Source of the DNA: an uncultured Gemmatimonadaceae bacterium | GTDB lineage: Bacteria; Gemmatimonadota; Gemmatimonadetes; Gemmatimonadales; Gemmatimonadaceae | NCBI GenBank assembly: GCA_963843845.1 | Contig: CAWJMB010000002.1 | Span: forward strand, 1,888,001-1,952,000 | Direction: 5' to 3' | Length of the DNA: 64,000 nt | Part shown: positions 11,129 to 21,085 of the stretch, one piece after another | Layout of the letters: each line of letters starts with the position of its first letter | Position numbering within the stretch: position 1 is the first letter of the stretch | Translations under genes and position numbers: made by a program | Notes under the pieces: model-generated | The model's input: the letters and a program-made list of their open reading frames with translations, nothing else | Told to the model about the DNA's origin: nothing | Database searches by the model: none

Positions 11129-12916
11129 GTGCCCCGCATCGCCATCCTCTCCGCGGCCGTCGCCGATCAGATCGCCGCCGGTGAAGTCGTGGAGCGCCCC
11201 GCCTCGGTCGTGAAAGAGCTCGTCGAGAACGCGCTCGACGCGGGCGCGACGAGCATCGACGTCGTCATCGAGGACGGCGGTCGGGCGCTCGTGCGCGTGA
11301 GCGACGATGGATGCGGGATGTCGCGCGACGACGCCGTGCTCGCGCTCGCGCGCCACGCGACGAGCAAGATTCGCGACGCCGAGGACCTCGTCGGCGTGCG
11401 CAGCTTCGGCTTTCGCGGGGAGGCACTGCCGGCCATCTGCTCGGTCGCGCAGCTCGAGATCGACACGGCCACCGAGGACGGCGGAGGGACGCACGTGTCG
11501 GCGGCGGGGGGCGACGTGCACGACGTCCGCGACGCCGCCCGGCGTCGCGGCACGACGGTGAGCGTGGCGCGACTGTTCTACAACGCGCCCTCGCGCCAAC
11601 GATTCTTGCGGAGCGCGCGCAGCGAATGGCGCGGCATCAGCGAGGCGGTCGTCACGGCGGCGATCGTGCGGCGCGACGTGCGGCTGACGCTGACGCACGA
11701 CGGACGGCCGGCGCTCGCGCTTCCTGCGGCGCCGTCGCTCCGCGCGCGGCTCGCGGCCATCCACGGCGCGCGCTACGCCGACGCGCTGGTCGACGTCGAC
11801 GACGTCGCCGGTCCGATCCACGTCGCCGGCCTCGTCGAACGTCCGGCGGACGTCGGGACCTCCACGCGGCGCGTCTTCCTCGTCGTGAACGGTCGCGCCG
11901 TGCGAGACGCCGGGCTCGTGCGTGGCGCGGAGGCCGCCTACCGCTCGACGCTGCCGGGCGGGGCGCGGCCGTCGGTGTTCCTGGCCGTCACGCTCCCGCC
12001 TGACGAGGTCGACGTGAACGTGCATCCCGCGAAGGCGGAGCTCCGCTTCCGCGACCGGTGGGTCGTCGAGCGCGCCGTCGAGCGCGCGGTGCGCCGCGCG
12101 TTAGGCACTTCGGACAGCGCGGCGGACGTCGGCCGGGGGTGGCAGCGGGGGATCGACGCGATGAGGTCCGCAGCGCCACTCGGCGGGTCGGTCGTGCCGT
12201 TCGACACCGCGGCCGTGCACGCGACGCTCGCGCCGGAGCCGACGCGCGACGGGCTGTTCGTGGTGCCCGACGGTTCGCGCACGGCGTCGATCGAGTCGGC
12301 GAGTCACGCGCCGTCGGACGCGCCGGAGCGCGACGACGACCCGATCGTCGTCCCTCCGCTGGTGCAACTGCGGCGCACCTACATGCTGTTCGAGCGCGAC
12401 GACGGCGTCGTGCTGATCGACCAGCACTCGGCGCACGAGCGCGTGCTCTACGAGCAGTTCATGGGCGCGCTCGATCGCGGCGAGGCGCCGTCGCAACGCC
12501 TGCTCTTTCCGCTCACGCTCCACCTCGGTCCGGCGCAGGGCGACGCGTACGAAGCGCACCGCGAGCTGTTCGCGCGCCTTGGCTTCGAGGCCGAGGGCTT
12601 CGGCGGACACACGCTCCTCGTGCACAGCGTGCCGACGCCGCACCCGCGTTTCGACGCGGAGCGGTGCCTGCGCGAGACGCTCGATGCGCTGACGGGCGAT
12701 CGTCGCGCGTCGGCGCACGCGCGGCACGAGCGGCTCGCGGCGACGGTCGCGTGCAAGGCCGCCGTGAAGGCGGGCGACGCGCTGTCCCCCGCGGAGATGC
12801 GTGCCCTGTTCGTGGCGCTCGCGCGGACGACGCTGCCCGCGCACGATGTGCACGGCCGCGCCACGATCGTGCAGTTGAGCTGGAGCGAGGTCGACCGGCG
12901 CTTCGGGCGGCAGTGA
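11129..12916 (+). CDS. mutL: DNA mismatch repair protein MutL
   Basis: IAAGEVVERPASVVKELVENALDAGA, GFRGEAL, DVNVHPAK, and endonuclease motifs DQHSAHER and ACKAA. Confidence 0.97.
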   Translation: MPRIAILSAAVADQIAAGEVVERPASVVKELVENALDAGATSIDVVIEDGGRALVRVSDDGCGMSRDDAVLALARHATSKIRDAEDLVGVRSFGFRGEALPAICSVAQLEIDTATEDGGGTHVSAAGGDVHDVRDAARRRGTTVSVARLFYNAPSRQRFLRSARSEWRGISEAVVTAAIVRRDVRLTLTHDGRPALALPAAPSLRARLAAIHGARYADALVDVDDVAGPIHVAGLVERPADVGTSTRRVFLVVNGRAVRDAGLVRGAEAAYRSTLPGGARPSVFLAVTLPPDEVDVNVHPAKAELRFRDRWVVERAVERAVRRALGTSDSAADVGRGWQRGIDAMRSAAPLGGSVVPFDTAAVHATLAPEPTRDGLFVVPDGSRTASIESASHAPSDAPERDDDPIVVPPLVQLRRTYMLFERDDGVVLIDQHSAHERVLYEQFMGALDRGEAPSQRLLFPLTLHLGPAQGDAYEAHRELFARLGFEAEGFGGHTLLVHSVPTPHPRFDAERCLRETLDALTGDRRASAHARHERLAATVACKAAVKAGDALSPAEMRALFVALARTTLPAHDVHGRATIVQLSWSEVDRRFGRQ

Positions 12917-13871
12917 GCCGCGCGGCGGCGCATCCACAGGCGCGGCGGAGCGTCCGCGTCATCTGCGGTCCGACGGCCGCGGGCAAGTCGGCGATCGTCG
13001 CGCGGCTCGCCGACCGCACACCGCATCGCGATCGTGAGCGCCGATTCCCGGCAGGTCTACGCCGGTTTCGACATCGGCACCGCCAAGCCGACCCGCGACG
13101 AACAGCGGCGCGTCGCGCACTTCGGCATCGACGTCGCGGATCCGCGTGAGCGCTATTCGGCCGCGCGGTGGGCGGCGTCGGTCGACGGCTGGGTCGATGC
13201 CGCCGATGCGTCGGGCGCCGAATCGGTCATCGTCGGCGGGACCGGCATGTACGTTCGGGCGATCGCCGAGCCGCTGTTCGTCGAGCCCGCGCTCGACCCC
13301 GTCCGGCGTGCCGCCGTCGCCGCCGAGCTGGATCTCCTGAACACCGCGGAGCTGCGCCAGCGCGTCGCCACGCTCGATCCCGGACGGGCGCACCTCGGCC
13401 GCGCCCAGCTGCTGCGCGCCGCGGAGATCGCGCTGCTCACGGGGGAACGGGTCAGCGTGCTGCACGCAGCGCCACGCCCGCGCTCCGCGCTACCGGCTAC
13501 GTTACCTCGTCGTCGACCCCGGGCGGGACACGTTGCGCGAGTGGATCGCGGCACGCGTCGGCTCCATGCTCGGCGCGGGGTGGCTCGACGAAGTTCGTCG
13601 CCTCATGGCGAGCGTGCCCGACGACGCGCCCGCGTGGAATGCGTCGGGGTACGACGTGCTCCGCCGACACCTGCGCGGCGAGCTCTCGCTCGCGTCGGCG
13701 GTCGAGCGTGTCGTCGTCGAGACGCGGCAGTTCGCGAAACGGCAGCGCACATGGTTCCGTCATCAACTGGTCGACGCCGACGTCACGCGCGTCGATCCCA
13801 CGGCGGCGGATGCGGAGGCGGCGGTGAGGGCGTGGTGGACGCGGACAGCGAGCGAGGGGGCGGGGGCATGA
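12913..13871 (+). CDS. miaA: tRNA dimethylallyltransferase (frameshifts about 13020 and 13495)
   Basis: GPTAAGKS, SADSRQVY..DIGTAKP, VGGTGMY and TRQFAKRQRTWF across three frames, after mutL. Confidence 0.93.
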
Positions 13872-15019
13872 AGATCGGCATCACCTGTTATCCGACGTAC
13901 GGCGGCTCGGGCGCGGTGGCGACGGAGCTGGGCATCGCGCTCGCTGCGCGCGGCCACGAAGTCCATTTCATCACGTATCAGCAGCCGTTCCGGCTGCCGA
14001 ACTTCCTTCCGCGTGTGTACTTCCACGAAGTGGAAGTCAATCGCTACCCGCTGTTCGAGTATCCGCCCTACGATCTCGCCCTCGCCGTGCGGATGCACCA
14101 GGTGGTGACGGAGCAGCACCTCGACGTTCTGCACTGCCACTACGCGATCCCGCACGCCACGAGTGCGTGGATCGCGCGCGAGATGCTCCGCGCGAACGGG
14201 CGCGACGTGCGCGTCGTGACGACGCTGCACGGGACCGACATCACGATCGTCGGACAGGATCCGACGTATCACCCGATCACCAAGTTCTCGATCGAGCGGT
14301 CGGACCGGATCACCGCGGTGTCCGAGTACCTGCGCCGCGAGACGTTCGCCGCGTTCGGCTGCACGGGCTGCTCGGTCGAAGTCATTCCGAACTTCATCGA
14401 CGCATCGGTCTACGACCGCAACGCGTATCCGCAGTCGCGGGCGCTGTTCGCACCCCCGGACGTGCCGGTGCTCATGCACATCTCGAACTTCCGCGCGGTG
14501 AAACGGGTCGTCGACGTGATCCGCATTTTCGCTCGCGTGCGCGCCACGCGCGAGGCCGTGCTCGTCATGGTCGGCGACGGGCCCGACCGCGTCGACGCGG
14601 AGCAGGAGGCGAAGGCGACGGGCGTCGACCAATCGGTTCACTTCCTCGGCAAGATCGATGCGGTCGCGCCGCTCCTCGCCCGCGCCGACCTCTTTCTGTT
14701 GCCGAGCCTCAGCGAGTCGTTCGGGCTCAGCGCGCTCGAGGCGCTCGCCTCGGGCGTGCCCGTCATCGCGTCGCGCACGGGCGGCCTCGCGGAAGTGGTG
14801 CGCGACGGCGAGACGGGTGCGCTGTGCCCGATCGGGGACGTCGACGCGATGGCGAACGCGGCGATCGAGATGCTCGCCGATCGCGCGCGGTGGTCGACGA
14901 TGAGCGCGATCGCGGCGGCGGATGCGCGAGCGCGCTTCGGACACGATGCGGTCGTCACGCAGTACGAAGATCTCTACGCCCGCGCCGTCGGTCGCGCGCC
15001 GGCGGTCGCCGCACCCTGA
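13868..15019 (+). CDS. bshA: N-acetyl-alpha-D-glucosaminyl L-malate synthase (GT4, bacillithiol pathway)
   Basis: MKIGITCYPTYGGSGAVATELG, HCHYAIPHA, TTLHGTDIT, HISNFRAVKR and ESFGLSALEA. Confidence 0.92.
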   Translation: MKIGITCYPTYGGSGAVATELGIALAARGHEVHFITYQQPFRLPNFLPRVYFHEVEVNRYPLFEYPPYDLALAVRMHQVVTEQHLDVLHCHYAIPHATSAWIAREMLRANGRDVRVVTTLHGTDITIVGQDPTYHPITKFSIERSDRITAVSEYLRRETFAAFGCTGCSVEVIPNFIDASVYDRNAYPQSRALFAPPDVPVLMHISNFRAVKRVVDVIRIFARVRATREAVLVMVGDGPDRVDAEQEAKATGVDQSVHFLGKIDAVAPLLARADLFLLPSLSESFGLSALEALASGVPVIASRTGGLAEVVRDGETGALCPIGDVDAMANAAIEMLADRARWSTMSAIAAADARARFGHDAVVTQYEDLYARAVGRAPAVAAP

Positions 15020-15023
15020 TCTC

Positions 15024-15788
15024 ATGTCCTACTTCTACGCAGTCCTCCTCGGAGTCGTCGAAGGCATCACCGAGTTCCTTCCGGTCTCGTCGACCGCGCA
15101 CCTCACGCTCACGAGCGCGCTGCTGCGTGTCGCCGACGACGAGTTCGCGAAGAGCTTCTCGATCATCATCCAGCTCGGGGCGATCCTCGCCGTCGTCGCG
15201 ATCTACTGGCGCAAGTTGCTCGACTGGCGACTGCTGACGAAAGTCGCCGTCGCATTCGTGCCGACGGGCATCATCGGGCTCACGATCTACCGCGTGATCA
15301 AGAGCTACCTGTTGGGCAACGTGCTCGTCACGCTCGGGGCGCTGTTCGTCGGCGGCGTGGTGCTGATCCTCTTCGACCGTCAGTCGCAACCGAGTGACGA
15401 GCCGGTGAACTTCGACGAGATCACCTACGGGCGCGCCGTGGCGATCGGCTTCTGCCAGACGCTCGCCGTGATTCCTGGGGTCTCGCGCTCGGCGGCCACG
15501 ATCGTCGGCGGCGCGCTGCTCGGGGTCTCGAAGCGGACGATCGTCGAGTTCTCCTTCCTGCTCGCGATCCCGACGATGGCGGCGGCGACGGGGCTCGAGC
15601 TGCTGAAAGGGTACCGCGGCCTGATGGGCAACTTCGATGTCCTCGCCATCGGCTTCATCGTGAGCGGGTTCACCGCGTGGCTCGCGGTCACGACGTTCCT
15701 GAACTACGTGAAACGGCACAGCTTCGCCGCGTTCGGCTGGTACCGGATGGTCCTCGCCGTGGCGTTCTACCTTGCCTTCGTTCGCTGA
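15024..15788 (+). CDS. uppP: Undecaprenyl-diphosphate phosphatase
   Basis: GVVEGITEFLPVSSTAH, IQLGAILAV, PGVSRS and EFSFLLAIP. Confidence 0.95.
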   Translation: MSYFYAVLLGVVEGITEFLPVSSTAHLTLTSALLRVADDEFAKSFSIIIQLGAILAVVAIYWRKLLDWRLLTKVAVAFVPTGIIGLTIYRVIKSYLLGNVLVTLGALFVGGVVLILFDRQSQPSDEPVNFDEITYGRAVAIGFCQTLAVIPGVSRSAATIVGGALLGVSKRTIVEFSFLLAIPTMAAATGLELLKGYRGLMGNFDVLAIGFIVSGFTAWLAVTTFLNYVKRHSFAAFGWYRMVLAVAFYLAFVR

Positions 15789-16569
15789 CGCGCTCCCCGC
15801 CGTGCTCGCGGCGACGTACGACGGCGACGACGTCGACTCGCTCCGGACGTCGCTCGGCGTCGCGGAACTCGCGGCCTACGAGAGCGTCACGTCGACGATG
15901 GACGTCGCACACCGCCTGGCGAGCGACGGCGCCGCCGCGGGGACGATCGTGCTGGCAGACACGCAGACCGCGGGGCGCGGACGGAGCGGGCGGCGATGGA
16001 GCTCCGCGCCTGGCGCCGGGGTGTGGCTCACCGCGGTCGAGCGTCCGCGCGACCCCGCCGCGCTCGACGTGCTGTCACTCCGCGTGGGGCTCGCGCTCGC
16101 CGAGGCGCTCGATCCGTTCGCGGATGTGGCGATCCGGCTGAAGTGGCCGAACGATCTGTTCGTCGAGGAACGGAAGCTCGCCGGAGTGCTCGTCGAGACG
16201 CGGTGGCGCGATGGGCGCGCCGAGTGGGTGGCGATCGGAGTCGGCGTCAACGTCGTCGTGCCGCACGACGTGGACGATGCGGTCGGTCTCCGCGACGGTA
16301 CGCCGCGGAGCGCCGTTCTGCACGCGATCGTGCCTGCCGTGCGCCGCGCGGCGGCCGCCACCGGCGCGTTGCGCGAGGAGGAGCTGGCCGCGTTCGCCGC
16401 GCGCGACCTCGCCCGCGGGCGTCGCGCCGCAGAGCCGGTCGCGGGCGGCGTCGAGGGGATCTCGACCGACGGAGCGCTGCGCATCCGTACGAGCGACGGC
16501 CGCGTCGAACACGTCCGACACGGATCGCTGCGATTCGCCGACGACGCGCGTGACGGTTCGGCGCGATGA
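15772..16569 (+). CDS. birA: Biotin-protein ligase (no HTH domain)
   Basis: STMD, QTAGRGRSGRRW, LKWPND, KLAGVLVE and IGVGVNV. Confidence 0.92.
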   Translation: MPSFADALPAVLAATYDGDDVDSLRTSLGVAELAAYESVTSTMDVAHRLASDGAAAGTIVLADTQTAGRGRSGRRWSSAPGAGVWLTAVERPRDPAALDVLSLRVGLALAEALDPFADVAIRLKWPNDLFVEERKLAGVLVETRWRDGRAEWVAIGVGVNVVVPHDVDDAVGLRDGTPRSAVLHAIVPAVRRAAAATGALREEELAAFAARDLARGRRAAEPVAGGVEGISTDGALRIRTSDGRVEHVRHGSLRFADDARDGSAR

Positions 16570-17144
16570 CGAGTTACCCAGGCATGACACCTTCACACGC
16601 GGAAGCTGACGCAGCGGTCGTGCGGCGCGTGCTCGCCGGTGACGCCGGCGGCTTCCGCGTGCTCGTCGATCGGCACTACGACCGCTCGCTGCGCCTCGCG
16701 ACACACCTGCTCGGCTCGACTGCGGATGCCGAGGACGCGGTGCAGGACGCGTTCATGCGGGCCTACCGGCACCTCGGCTCGTACCAGGAGCGCGATCGGT
16801 TCGCAGCGTGGCTGTCGCGGATCGTGGTGAACCAGTGCCGCACCGTCGGTGCGCGCCGCCGAGGCGCACGCGTGCTCGCCGAACGGGTCGCGTTCGAGCT
16901 GGGTGCCAGCGAGGGAACCGTCGAGCACACGGCCGACCACGACGCGCTGCGGGAGGAGCTACACCGCGCGCTCGACCGGCTCGATCCCGACCAGCGCGAG
17001 GCGGTGGTGCTCAAGTTCGCGGACGACCTGACCTACGACGAGATGGCCGCCGTCACCGGCGTCGGCGTCTCGGCGCTCAAGATGCGCGTGCAGCGCGCCT
17101 GCCGGCGGCTGCGCACGCTGCTCACGGAGACGACGCATGTCTGA
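16566..17144 (+). CDS. ECF-family RNA polymerase sigma factor
   Basis: Region 2 DAEDAVQDAFMRAY..FAAWLSRIVVN and region 4 LDPDQREAVVLK..LTYDEMA...SALKMRVQRA. Confidence 0.93.
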   Translation: MTSYPGMTPSHAEADAAVVRRVLAGDAGGFRVLVDRHYDRSLRLATHLLGSTADAEDAVQDAFMRAYRHLGSYQERDRFAAWLSRIVVNQCRTVGARRRGARVLAERVAFELGASEGTVEHTADHDALREELHRALDRLDPDQREAVVLKFADDLTYDEMAAVTGVGVSALKMRVQRACRRLRTLLTETTHV

Positions 17145-17838
17145 TCACGACTCGTTCGACGCGCTGCCGGCCGCGGTGGTCGCCACGCTGCGCCACCCGG
17201 TGCGGCCGGCGCGCGGACGCGACGCCGCGCTGGCCGCGATCATGGGAGCGGTGCACGCGGCGCCAGCTCCCGCCAGCCCTCTGGCGTCCGCCGTGGGGGC
17301 TGGTGCGGGCTGCACGGCGAGAGGGCGCGTGATGTCGCTCCGGCCGATGCGTCCGCGCTGGTCGCTGCGGCGCGGCACGCTCTCGCCGGCCGGCGCGCTC
17401 CTCGCGGCATCGCTCGCCGTCCTCACGGTGTGGCTCGGCGGCGCGGGTCGAGGGCGGCGGGTGGCGGTCAGCGACGCGGCAGGGCGCCCGATCGAGACGG
17501 CGGCCGCTGGAACGTTCCGCGACTCGCTGCTCGACAACGCGTTCGTGCTCGCGATCCGCGACTCGCTCCGCGTCGTGCGCTTCGCGCTCGACGCGCCTGG
17601 CGCGTCTCGCGTCGCGCTGGTCGCGGAGTTCGCAGGGCACGGGTGGCGCGCCGTGCCGCTCCGGCGCGTGGCGGGCGTCTGGTCCGCAGAGCTCCCGGTC
17701 CGCGGTGGTCGACACCGCTACGGCTACGTCGTGGATGACGATCGGTGGGCCGGGACGAATGTCCGCGGCGAACGGGCGGTCGTGGCGGATACCGTCGTCG
17801 GCACTGTCGCGCCGCTCGTCGTCGGAGACACGATCTGA
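17137..17838 (+). CDS. Putative anti-sigma membrane protein with a C-terminal CBM48/E-set-like domain
   Basis: Overlaps the ECF gene, has one TM segment (AGALLAASLAVLTVWL), and a C-terminal VRFAL.APGASRVALV.EF..W..VPL....GVWS.ELPV..GRHRYGYVVD. Confidence 0.7.
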   Translation: MSDHDSFDALPAAVVATLRHPVRPARGRDAALAAIMGAVHAAPAPASPLASAVGAGAGCTARGRVMSLRPMRPRWSLRRGTLSPAGALLAASLAVLTVWLGGAGRGRRVAVSDAAGRPIETAAAGTFRDSLLDNAFVLAIRDSLRVVRFALDAPGASRVALVAEFAGHGWRAVPLRRVAGVWSAELPVRGGRHRYGYVVDDDRWAGTNVRGERAVVADTVVGTVAPLVVGDTI

Positions 17839-18047
17839 TGCCCTCGCTGCGCGCGGTTCGCTGCCGGCTTCCGGCGGCGCTCGCCGCACTCGCCGCCCTG
17901 GCGCTGCTCGCGGGCTACGGTGATCTCGTGCGGGGCGGGATCACGGCCGGGGCGGTGGCGCTGGTGGGTGCGTATGCGGTGCTCATTCCGGCCGCGATCG
18001 TCGCCGTCCCTCGCGGCCCGGAACCGATGAAAAAGATGGCTCTGTAA
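17838..18047 (+). CDS. Small two-TM membrane protein (69 aa)
   Basis: ATG overlaps the previous TGA (TGATG). Two hydrophobic stretches flank GYGDLVRGG. Confidence 0.6.
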   Translation: MPSLRAVRCRLPAALAALAALALLAGYGDLVRGGITAGAVALVGAYAVLIPAAIVAVPRGPEPMKKMAL

Positions 18048-18096
18048 ACCGTTATACGGCACGTGCTTAGCGCGCCGCCGGGAGCACGGGTCGGGG

Positions 18097-18124
18097 TTGA
18101 CCTGTCTTCCGGCGGCACTACATT
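18097..18124 (+). promoter_or_regulatory. sigma70-type promoter of groESL
   Basis: TTGACC, 16-nt spacer, TACATT, immediately upstream of the CIRCE. Confidence 0.7.
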
Positions 18125-18134
18125 ACCCCTGGCG

Positions 18135-18161
18135 TTGGCACTCACCGCTCTCGAGTGCTGA
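18135..18161 (+). promoter_or_regulatory. CIRCE operator (HrcA site)
   Basis: TTGGCACTC-N9-GAGTGCTGA against consensus TTAGCACTC-N9-GAGTGCTAA, upstream of groES. Confidence 0.92.
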
Positions 18162-18200
18162 TGACCAATCACTCATTTCACAATCGGAGAGGCGCACGCA

Positions 18201-18509
18201 ATGGCCACGCAGAACGCTACCGCGTTGAAGCCGCTCGCTGATCGGGTCGTCGTTCGGGCTCTCGAAGAGACCGAGTCGATGCGCGGCGGGCTGTACATCC
18301 CGGATACGGCGAAGGAGAAGCCGCAACAGGGCGAGATCGTCGCCGCCGGCCCTGGGAAGTTCGACGAGAAGGGCGGTCAGCGCATCCCGATGGACGTCAA
18401 AGTCGGCGACAAGGTGCTCTACGGGAAGTACAGCGGTACCGAGGTCACGCTCGACGGACAGCAGTACCTGATCCTCCGCGAATCGGACGTCCTCGCGATC
18501 GTCGGCTGA
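18201..18509 (+). CDS. groES: Co-chaperonin GroES
   Basis: [43 protein letters not shown] and ILRESDVLA. Confidence 0.98.
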   Translation: MATQNATALKPLADRVVVRALEETESMRGGLYIPDTAKEKPQQGEIVAAGPGKFDEKGGQRIPMDVKVGDKVLYGKYSGTEVTLDGQQYLILRESDVLAIVG

Positions 18510-18548
18510 ACGCGCTGACCTGACCTCTCAACTACGGGCACACACACA

Positions 18549-20186
<1,638 letters not shown>

Positions 20187-20208
20187 GCCCGGCAAGGTGC
20201 GGAATGCG

Positions 20209-20240
20209 AGCGGCGGGTGCCTCATGGCACCCGCCGCTTT
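20209..20240 (+). terminator. Intrinsic terminator after groEL
   Basis: 13-bp stem AGCGGCGGGTGCC-tcat-GGCACCCGCCGCT followed by TT. Confidence 0.8.
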
Positions 20241-20278
20241 GCCGTGGACGCTCGCCGACGGTGTTTCCGCGGAAGTGG

Positions 20279-21085
20279 CTAGAAGAGCGAGAGCTGTCCG
20301 CCGACGCCGCCGACGTCGCCGAACGGGCCTGACACGGCGTGCTGCGGCGCGATCGCGAGCGCGCCGCGGAACCGCGAGCGCTTGAGCAGTCGCTGCATCG
20401 CCTCGTGGGCGACCGACGGCGAGTTGTTCGTCTCGCTGAGGTGCGCGAGCACGACGTGCCGCAACTCCTTGTGAACGCACCCGACCGCGAGGTCGCCGGC
20501 CTCACGGTTGCTGAGGTGGCCGTGCGCGCCCGCGATGCGACGTTTGAGCTGCCACGGGTACGGCCCGGCCTCGAGCAACCCTTCGTCGTGATTCGATTCC
20601 ACGACGAGCACGTCGACGCGCGCGACGGCCGCCCGCACCGCATCCGAGGCGCGACCGAGGTCGGTGAGCACCGCGGCGCGCGTGCCCGATCGCTTCGACG
20701 TCACGACGAAGCCGCACGGCTCGAGCGCGTCGTGAGACACGCGGAACGTGTCGACCGTCAGGTCGCCGACCTCGACGCGATCGCCGGCGGTGAACGCGTG
20801 CGTGGTGGCCGCGCCTAACAGGTCGCTCGCGTTGTGCAGCGTTCCGGCGCTCGCGTACACCGGCCAGCGCCACCGCTTCAGCGCCGTCGTCATCCCGGAC
20901 ACGTGGTCGTTGTGCTCGTGCGTGAGCAGCAGCGCCGCGATCGATTGCGGGTCCACGCCGATCTGGTGCAGCCGCTCGGCGAGCTTGCGCGCGGACAGGC
21001 CGGCATCGACGAGGAGGCGCGTGCTGCCGCACTCGACGAGGAGCGCGTTCCCCTTGCTGCCGCTCCCCAACGTCCACAGCCTCAC
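20279..21085 (-). CDS. MBL-fold metallohydrolase (YycJ/WalJ-like)
   Basis: LGSGSKGN, THEHNDH, SHDA, ESNHD, GHLSN and LAHLSETNN. Confidence 0.9.
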   Translation of the reverse strand: MRLWTLGSGSKGNALLVECGSTRLLVDAGLSARKLAERLHQIGVDPQSIAALLLTHEHNDHVSGMTTALKRWRWPVYASAGTLHNASDLLGAATTHAFTAGDRVEVGDLTVDTFRVSHDALEPCGFVVTSKRSGTRAAVLTDLGRASDAVRAAVARVDVLVVESNHDEGLLEAGPYPWQLKRRIAGAHGHLSNREAGDLAVGCVHKELRHVVLAHLSETNNSPSVAHEAMQRLLKRSRFRGALAIAPQHAVSGPFGDVGGVGGQLSLF

